Assembly (NCBI GenBank): GCA_002010065.2
Contig: MTMD02000007.1
Span: 1-64,000, forward strand
Reading direction: 5' to 3'
Length of the DNA: 64,000 bases
Source: Candidatus Pyrohabitans jungbluthii
GTDB taxonomy: Archaea; Hydrothermarchaeota; Hydrothermarchaeia; Hydrothermarchaeales; BMS3B
The position numbers and the translations under genes are program-made. Shown piece by piece: positions 9,868-17,600 of the stretch. The first letter of the stretch is position 1. Each line of letters starts with the position of its first letter. The notes below the pieces were generated by a model. The model saw only the letters and a list, made by a program, of their open reading frames with translations, searched no databases and was not told where the DNA came from.

Positions 9868-11171
9868 AGATGAATATCCTGGAAACTCGCGAATTGGAGT
9901 ACCAGTATCCCGATGGCACCCGTGCGCTGCGCGGGGTAAGCGTCGCCCTTAGAACCAATAACAAAATCGCCTTTGTCGGCTCAAACGGCGCTGGGAAAAG
10001 CACCCTTTTTCTCCACTTCATAGGCATCCTTCGCCCTTCTCGTGGAGAAGTGCTCTTCAGAGGCAAAACCCTGAGGTACGATAAGGCCTCTCTCCTCTCG
10101 CTAAGGCGCAGCGTTGGCATGGTTTTTCAGAATCCGGACGATCAGCTTTTTGCTCCGACGGTGGCGCAGGATGTTAGCTTTGGGCCGAAAAATCTTGGCA
10201 TGAGCGAGGCTGAAGTTGAGGCGAGGGTGAGGAGGGCACTTAAAATCGCTGGCATTGAAGAGCTTGCGGATAAGCCACCTCACCTGCTCAGTTATGGTCA
10301 GAAGAAGCGCGTAGCTATAGCCGGTGTACTCGCCATGGAGCCAGAAGTACTGATTCTGGACGAGCCACTCGCCGGTTTAGACCCTGCAGGCAAGCGCAGA
10401 TTTATTGAATTTCTGAATGATCTTGCGAAGAGGAAAACCATAGCTGTGGCCACGCATGATGTGGACTTCGCGTATGAGTGGGCAGATTATGTATATGTCC
10501 TCCATCGTGGTAAAGTGGTAGCCGAGGGCGAACCCAAGGAGGTTTTCCAGGAGGTAACGCGAGCTAACCTCTCGCCGCCAAGGGTTCTGGAGTTCTACGA
10601 AGCGCTGGCCGAGCTGGGGCTTGCAACACCAGGTATTCAGCCGAGCAACATGTTCGAGCTGGTGCGAAGCGTAGCATCACTGGGTGTGCGCGTAGCCTTG
10701 GCGGAAGACACTTTAAAAGAGGGCGAAGCGGTGAGCTTGGAGGTGGAGAAGGGCAGGATTCTGGCGAAGCCCAGCCGGGAAGGCGGCTCGAGCAGAGTTA
10801 TAAAAACGCTTGATGCGGGGGTGGTGGTCTCCGCCAATGGCAATATCCCACCTAAGGGTAAGGTGTACCTCTACCCCATTGAGAACTTCGACGCTCTTGC
10901 TTTCCAAGAGACGCTGGCTAAGCATGAAGTTGATTTTGTGGCTTCGCTGGGAAGTGAGGCGAGGCTGCTTGTAGAGCGCGAGGGGATAGAGCTTGCTCTG
11001 GAAGGCGCTGCCCTTGAGAGGTGCCTGCTCAAGGCCCTCGCTGGTTACCATGCGCTGCTCCTCATACCCCAAAGCCAGATTGAAGAAACCGTCAAAAAAA
11101 TTCGCAGCTATCTCTCTGGCTGTGCTGCGCCGGAGATTGAAATTTTAAGGGATGGTGGAAATGAAGCATAG
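9864..11171 (+). CDS. cbiO: Cobalt ECF transporter ATPase CbiO with long C-terminal extension
   Basis: GSNGAGKST, FQNPDDQLF, LSYGQKKR, LDEP; extra C-terminal region of about 160 aa. Confidence 0.93.
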   Translation: MKMNILETRELEYQYPDGTRALRGVSVALRTNNKIAFVGSNGAGKSTLFLHFIGILRPSRGEVLFRGKTLRYDKASLLSLRRSVGMVFQNPDDQLFAPTVAQDVSFGPKNLGMSEAEVEARVRRALKIAGIEELADKPPHLLSYGQKKRVAIAGVLAMEPEVLILDEPLAGLDPAGKRRFIEFLNDLAKRKTIAVATHDVDFAYEWADYVYVLHRGKVVAEGEPKEVFQEVTRANLSPPRVLEFYEALAELGLATPGIQPSNMFELVRSVASLGVRVALAEDTLKEGEAVSLEVEKGRILAKPSREGGSSRVIKTLDAGVVVSANGNIPPKGKVYLYPIENFDALAFQETLAKHEVDFVASLGSEARLLVEREGIELALEGAALERCLLKALAGYHALLLIPQSQIEETVKKIRSYLSGCAAPEIEILRDGGNEA

Positions 11172-11225
11172 CCAGTGTTTATATTATTTACATGAGTTAC
11201 CCCAGGAAAGATAGGAGGTATAGCG

Positions 11226-11636
11226 ATGAAGACCGGTGTAGTTATAGTAGGTCACGGCTCACGCCTGGCTGAGACCCGCGGGATTTATGAAACCATAGCA
11301 AGCGTTGCCCAGGCTAAGTCCGGCTACGAAGTGCGTGTTGGCTACATGAAGCACCATCGCCCCAACCTTGTTGAAGCGGTTCAGAGCCTTATCGATGAAG
11401 GCTTCAAGCGAATTGTGGTGGTGCCTCTGTTCATTGTACCCGGGTTGCATGTGCGCGACGACATCCCCATACTTTTAGGCAAGAAGCAGGGCGAGGTTCC
11501 TGAGTTTGGCTACTCCCGCGTTAACGCCCCGAGCGACGTGGAGATAATTTACGCGGAAGCGATAGGCGCGGACCCCCGCTTAGCCGAGGTTGTGCTCGAC
11601 CGCGTGGCTAAGGCGCTGAACGGCTCAGGGCAATAA
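11226..11636 (+). CDS. cbiX: Small sirohydrochlorin chelatase (CbiXS/CfbA-like)
   Basis: VGHGSR, VVPLFIVPGLHVRDDIP, AIGADPRL; own TATA (~11178) and GGAGG RBS. Confidence 0.88.
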   Translation: MKTGVVIVGHGSRLAETRGIYETIASVAQAKSGYEVRVGYMKHHRPNLVEAVQSLIDEGFKRIVVVPLFIVPGLHVRDDIPILLGKKQGEVPEFGYSRVNAPSDVEIIYAEAIGADPRLAEVVLDRVAKALNGSGQ

Positions 11637-11676
11637 AGCTTATAAGGTACGCGTGCGAGGCAAGCTTGGTTATAGC

Positions 11677-12579
11677 ATGGTAGCCCTTGTTACAGGAGGC
11701 GCAGGCTTCATAGGTTCCCACCTGGTTGAGGCTCTTCTCAGCGAAGGTTACAGCGTAGTGGTGCTCGACGACCTGAGCACCGGCAATGAGAAGAACCTCG
11801 CCAGCGTGAGGTATAAAATAACCCTCTATAGGGAAAGCATCCTCTCGCAAGACCTTAAAGGCGTTCTCCGCGACGTGGAGGTGATTTTCCACCTGGCGGC
11901 ACAGATAAATGTGCGCAGGTCAGTTGAAGACCCTACGTACGACCTAAAGGTGAACGCCCTGGGCACTCTTAACCTACTGGAGCAGGCGCGGGATGTGGAG
12001 AGGTTTATATACGCCTCTTCTGGGGGAGCAGTCTACGGAGAGCCTCGCTACTTACCGGTGGATGAGGAGCACAGCACCGACCCAATCTCGCCTTACGGCG
12101 CGAGTAAGCTCGCCGGGGAGAAGTACGTACAGCTTTACGGGTACAACTACGGGGTTAAGTATGCTATTTTAAGATATGCTAACGTTTACGGCGAGAGGCA
12201 GGACGCGAGAGGAGAGGCAGGGGTTATAGCGATATTCCTGGACAGGTTGAAGGCTGGCAGGGCTTTGACAGTCTTCGGCACAGGCGAGCAGACTCGAGAT
12301 TATATCTACGTGGGCGACGTGGTCAGGGCGAACCTCCTCGCACTAAAGCGTGAGGGTGTGTTCAACATCGCCACAGGTGTGGAGACCAGCGTTAATGAGC
12401 TGATTGAGATTATCGCCGGGGTTACTGGCATTGTGCCCGAGGTGGAGTATGCTCCTCCACGCAAAGGCGAGGTGCAAAGGATTTACCTGAGCACCACCCG
12501 CGCAAGGGAGAAACTCGGGTTTAATGCGGAGGTTTCCCTGAGAGAGGGCATCGCCAGAGTGTGGCGCAGCATGAGGTGA
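11677..12579 (+). CDS. NAD-dependent epimerase/dehydratase (GalE-like)
   Basis: TGGAGFIGSH, ASSGGAVYG, YGASK, RYANVYG. Confidence 0.92.
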   Translation: MVALVTGGAGFIGSHLVEALLSEGYSVVVLDDLSTGNEKNLASVRYKITLYRESILSQDLKGVLRDVEVIFHLAAQINVRRSVEDPTYDLKVNALGTLNLLEQARDVERFIYASSGGAVYGEPRYLPVDEEHSTDPISPYGASKLAGEKYVQLYGYNYGVKYAILRYANVYGERQDARGEAGVIAIFLDRLKAGRALTVFGTGEQTRDYIYVGDVVRANLLALKREGVFNIATGVETSVNELIEIIAGVTGIVPEVEYAPPRKGEVQRIYLSTTRAREKLGFNAEVSLREGIARVWRSMR

Positions 12580-12611
12580 AGTTTTATCTTTGCTGAGGGC
12601 GAGTTAGAAGT

Positions 12612-13538
12612 ATGCAGAGCTATGATGTTATCGTAGTCGGGGGCGGCCCCGCAGGGCTTAGCGCTGGGATATTCTGCGCAGAACGCGGTCTGCGCGTCGC
12701 CATCTTTGAAAGCGGAAGCTTTGGCGGCGCTCTGGCTGCGATTTACCCCAATAAGCTTGTGCTCAACTACCCCGGGTTTCCCTCCGGTATTAAAGCGAAG
12801 GAGCTGGCGGAGCTTCTGGTTAAGCAGGCTCGTGACTATGGCGTAGAGATGCGCAGGGAGCGGGTGCTGGAAATAACGCGTGAGCTAAATGTGCGCACCG
12901 AGGAGGGGGAGTATTCCGCTAAGGCAATAGTTATCGCCACGGGTACGCGCCCTAGAGAGCTGGGTATCCCGGGCGAGGCGGAGTTCAACTACGGCGACCT
13001 GGGGGTTTACTACAACGTAGCAAACATTGAAAAGTTCGCGGGCAAGCAGGTGCTTGTGGTGGGTGGTGGAGATTCTGCGGTTGAGGCGGCGGTTGAGCTT
13101 TCGCAGGTGGCGCGCGTTACACTGGTGCACCGCCGCAGCGAGTTCCGTGCGATTGCGAGAAATGTGGAAAGGCTCCGCCAGAGCAGCGTGGAGGTGCTTC
13201 TAAACACAGAGCTTGAAGAAATCGGCGGCGATGGAAAGGTAGAGTGGGTGAGGTTGCGAAGCGATGGCGAGAGCTTTACCCGCAGCGCCGAAGCAGTGGT
13301 GCTCGCCGTAGGGCACGTGCCAAACACGGAGATCTTCGCCAAGCTTGGCTTGGATTGCGACAGCGATGGCAGGATTAAGACTGACGCCGCCCAGCGCACC
13401 AGCATCACTGGAGTATACGCTGCTGGCGATATAGTCTCCGGCGTGGGGCATCTTGAGCTACTTGTAGTGGCGGTAGCTCAGGGAGCGGTGGCGGCGCACA
13501 ACATCTATATGGAGCTTTACGAGCCTTATTGGGCTTAA
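12612..13538 (+). CDS. Thioredoxin-reductase-fold flavoprotein lacking CxxC (ferredoxin-NADP+ reductase-like)
   Basis: GGGPAG, IATG, GGGDSA, HRR, GVYAAGD; GVYYNVAN occupies the place of the CxxC segment. Confidence 0.8.
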   Translation: MQSYDVIVVGGGPAGLSAGIFCAERGLRVAIFESGSFGGALAAIYPNKLVLNYPGFPSGIKAKELAELLVKQARDYGVEMRRERVLEITRELNVRTEEGEYSAKAIVIATGTRPRELGIPGEAEFNYGDLGVYYNVANIEKFAGKQVLVVGGGDSAVEAAVELSQVARVTLVHRRSEFRAIARNVERLRQSSVEVLLNTELEEIGGDGKVEWVRLRSDGESFTRSAEAVVLAVGHVPNTEIFAKLGLDCDSDGRIKTDAAQRTSITGVYAAGDIVSGVGHLELLVVAVAQGAVAAHNIYMELYEPYWA

Positions 13539-13626
13539 AAATTGCAGGGAGAATAAGGCCCCCCTCCCCCCAATACAGGAAGGTTGGTACAGCCACTTAA
13601 GTAATTTTTCCGAACATGTCAGGTGT

Positions 13627-14244
13627 TTAAAAATCAGGCTTTCTAATCATCTTGCTTTCAATAATCTGCAGAGTCTCGGAGAGGTAAGATTTGGAGACGT
13701 TGAGCTTCTCCGCCAGCTGGGTTAAAGTTATCCTGCGGGGGTAGCTGTAGTATCCGTACTGTATAGCTTTTTTGAGAATATACTTCTGCCTCTTGGTTAA
13801 GCCATCGGAGTAGGCTTCACCCGAGGCGTCCTTGTATATCCTGAATGGGTAGCCCACCTTTTTGAGGGAGTCGAGCAGAAAGTTCAGCGCTCTGGAGTTG
13901 GAGTACACCCTGGCGCTGACTATGCCCCGCCTTATCACTATAGGGGTGAGCATAAGAATTTCCGCGCTGGCGAAGATGTGCACCGGGAGTACGCGAATAG
14001 CGTGGATTTCGAACACCACCGCATTGCGGCTCTTTGAGTATATGGAAATGCTCTTTGTGGAACTGCTCTTCTCCACATCGCGGAGAAATTCCTGTGTATC
14101 GTCGCCATCTGCCTTTACCAGGGCGATATAGCGCCTGTAGCCCACCCAGGCGAAGCTTATTATTGTGGCGGTTACGTTGTAGCTCCGGGTTAAATCCGTC
14201 CAGCACCCCTCCGGTGTGGGAAACTGAAAGGTGTACAGGGGCAT
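13627..14244 (-). CDS. Transcriptional regulator with C-terminal HTH_10 (Bat-like) domain
   Basis: LTKRQKYILKKAIQYGYYSYPRRITLTQLAEKLNVSKS. Confidence 0.85.
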   Translation of the reverse strand: MPLYTFQFPTPEGCWTDLTRSYNVTATIISFAWVGYRRYIALVKADGDDTQEFLRDVEKSSSTKSISIYSKSRNAVVFEIHAIRVLPVHIFASAEILMLTPIVIRRGIVSARVYSNSRALNFLLDSLKKVGYPFRIYKDASGEAYSDGLTKRQKYILKKAIQYGYYSYPRRITLTQLAEKLNVSKSYLSETLQIIESKMIRKPDF

Positions 14245-14607
14245 GGGAGATACTATAAATTTTTGGTCATATTTATACCAAGCGGATGTGTCAGAGACTT
14301 AATGAAAACCCTGCCATGCTGGTTGCCTTACTATCGTTGAGAGGATATTTAGTGATTAACTAAAAAATATATCAACGTAGCACAACTAATTAAACTACCT
14401 ATTATCCATAATTTTTCTACTACTGAAACTATAAAGAAATTAATAATAAAATACCGCAGAAAAAAACAAGAGCTGCACTGAGATGTAGTAGAGACAAGTG
14501 TAAATTTAATTCTTGATAACACAGAAACCACACATTAGGGAAAAGTTTTTATAGGAGGATGTGAAGAAAAATAAGGAATAACTAGATATGGAAGGGGGTT
14601 TCGGGGA

Positions 14608-17600
14608 ATGAGCTCAAGAAAGGGGGTACTCTCTCTAATTACCTTTGGTCTGGTAATGACCATGTTGTGGGGCGCGGTAAGCGCCTACCATCTAACCGCC
14701 TCTACGAGCAAGATTCTGTACGAGAAGGCGGATTCACTGGTGATAAGTGGCACAGTGGAAACCAGTAGTTCAGTTACAGTTTACGTGGAAGTTTACAACT
14801 CCTCGGACAATCTTGTAGAAAGTGGGAATACTACAAGCGTTGCCGCGGGCAATATCTCCACTTTCTCGGTGTCCATACCTCTGGCAAACTTCTCACCGGG
14901 CAGCTATTATGCACTGGTTTACCACACACCTGGCGACAGCGTCAGGCTTGAGTTCGATGTTGTGGAGAAGATAGTGCTCTTCAAGATCCGTCTTATCAAC
15001 TCTTCTGATAGCGTCGTGATGGTTAACACCAGCACCGTAGTGACTGATGCCGGCTACCTAGGCGGTAACTTCTCCGATTTCCTTGCGGCTGGCTACGAGG
15101 TGCACTACGGCAACCGTAACGTGCTCGAAGGCGGCAAGCTTGCCCACTTTGTACTTGTGAATGAGAGTGCCCCCGATGTATTCGATACCGTATACGTGGA
15201 CGACGACCCGCGATTTGAGCTGTACAATTCTCTTGAGGACAACTCCTCTTCACCAATGGTTGAAACCCCCCTGAAGAAGGGCGATTCCGTTGGGGATTAT
15301 ATCGTCGCTGATATTGAGTTCACTTCCGGCAACAAGGTGCTCCTCGCCAAGCCGCGCTCCTCACCGATTTATACAGGCGGCGAAAAGGTGTACTTCATGG
15401 TGGTGGCGAGGGATAAGGTGGGCAACATCCTCAGCGGCGAGAGCATTAAGGTTGACCTGCGCTACTCCAACGGCACGATTATCTCCTCCACCTCCGGCGT
15501 AATTCAGAACGGCTACTTCGTCGGGAACTTCACAGCTCCCGACCTCGCCGGGACGTATTTAATAACTGTAAACAACACCCTTGGGATGGAGGTCTTCAGT
15601 GTAGAAGCCTTCAAGCTCTTCGGGAAGATTACTGATATAAACGACAATCCAACGGCGGTTTTTGCTCCCAATCCTGTAGTGAAGCTTACCGCCATAGCCA
15701 AGGACTTAAACGGCAACCTGCTCACCCTGAACAGCGCCCAGGCAAGAGTGGTGTATCCCAACGGTACGCAGACTACAGTGCAGCTCAGCCAGACTGAGCA
15801 GGGGCTATATTCGGGAGAACTAGACCTTAAGGGTGCGCCTACAGGCGACTACGGCGTAACCTTCCGCGGAAGCTATGGCTCTACCACTCAGGAGGTCTCC
15901 CTTGGCTTCACCATCGCAGAGAGCAGGGCGGAGCTTTACGCGGTGAATGTGGAGTTCTTAGACCAGGTGGATGAAGGTGGCATATTCGTGAGCGCCTTCC
16001 ACCCGCAGAAAGACGTAACCCTGCTTGCGATTCTCAGCGATGTTACGAAGGGCGGGCTAATGGCTTCTGGTCCTGAAGGGGCGGGTATCATAGACATAGA
16101 CGACCCCTCAACATCAGAGGACGAGTGCAACACCAGCGTTGAGCTGATAGAGCTTAAGGACGACCGTGAGGTTTCATACCTGGGCAACGTCACTGTGCAG
16201 ATAATGAACCTCTCCAACTTTATGAACTACCTCGCACAGTCGGGAGTTCAGCCTGGTGACGAAGGCCCGCCTAAGGAGATGCTGAGCCAGTGTATGGTGG
16301 TTATTAGCAACCTCTCCAAGCAGGGCGCCTACAGGGCTAAGGTGAGGATTACCCACAACAGCGAAAGCAGCGTCGCCGGCACGACCTTCGGGGTGCAGGA
16401 GCTCTACGCCTACGGCTCCACCGTAGATTTCAAGGGCGAAGAGTTTGGATTTAACACTCCAAACTCAACAATAAGGGTAAAGCTCCACGTGCAGGACCTG
16501 CTCACTAGAGAGTTCCTCCCGCCCGAGAGCATCATAAGCGCCAATATAGTAAGTTTAAGGCGGGAGTTCCCGAGCTTCCAAGATGTGCCAGTGAGCGATA
16601 TTGCAACCACTGTTGAGGTCAACGGGGGTGTACTCTCATTTAAGGCGCCCAACATGGAGGGCTTCTTCTCCATGAAGTTCAGGTTCAAGGCGAATGTGAG
16701 CAACAAAATTAAGGAGGGCGTGGGCAGCGCCTTCTTCATGCTCAAGAAGTACATCATCTGGGCGGAGCCCCAGTGCACAGGCGGCGGCTTTGGACCGTGT
16801 GTGTTCTCCGGCAAGGGCAACGTATCCCTCAAGGTGTACATCGCAGACAGCAGCAAAGGTTCGCTCCTCGACAGAGGCGCTACCTCCTCTGCGCTGTGCT
16901 CCACCTGCGACGGCTTGGCGGTAAAAATAAGCATGCTCAGAAACGACCAGCTGGGTAAGGAAATTCCATCCTCGGAGTTTACAATCTACGGCGGCAGCGT
17001 TACCAACGGTACGGCAACGCTCAACATAAGCTCCACCACCGGAGGTCTCACCTCCGGGTGGTACGGTGCCGACATAGAGGTGTACAATCCCGCCGATCCC
17101 AACGAGAGCTACTTCGGCTTCGGCTGGTTTGAGGTGCGAAACTTCTTCGTTGAGGTTATGCCTGTCAGCGTGGACAAAGCGACGGGCAACCTCACCGCCA
17201 GTTGGGGCTGGGAAGGCAACACCTACGCGGTTAACCAGTCGATAGCCTTTGCGGTGATACCGCGCGACCCCTTCAACTGGGGTATCCTGCCCATTCAGAA
17301 TGTGACCATCGCCAGCGTGCAGCGCGTTGATATGTGGCCGCCGGTGGAGGCGAATTACAAGCTTGTGGACATCTCCAATAAGCTGGTTTATATTGACATG
17401 GGCGGGTTTAAACAGGGTGTGAATGTGACGGTAGTAAACATCACCGGCATTGAAAAGGAGGGCTCCTACAGGGTCAACGTCAAGGTGACCACCGCAAATG
17501 GCTCCGACATAGGCACCATGTGGTTCGACGTGGCGAGCTTTCAGGTTAATGTCTACTACCGCGGCATGTATGAGTGGCCGCCCACCTTCGGAAGCAATGA

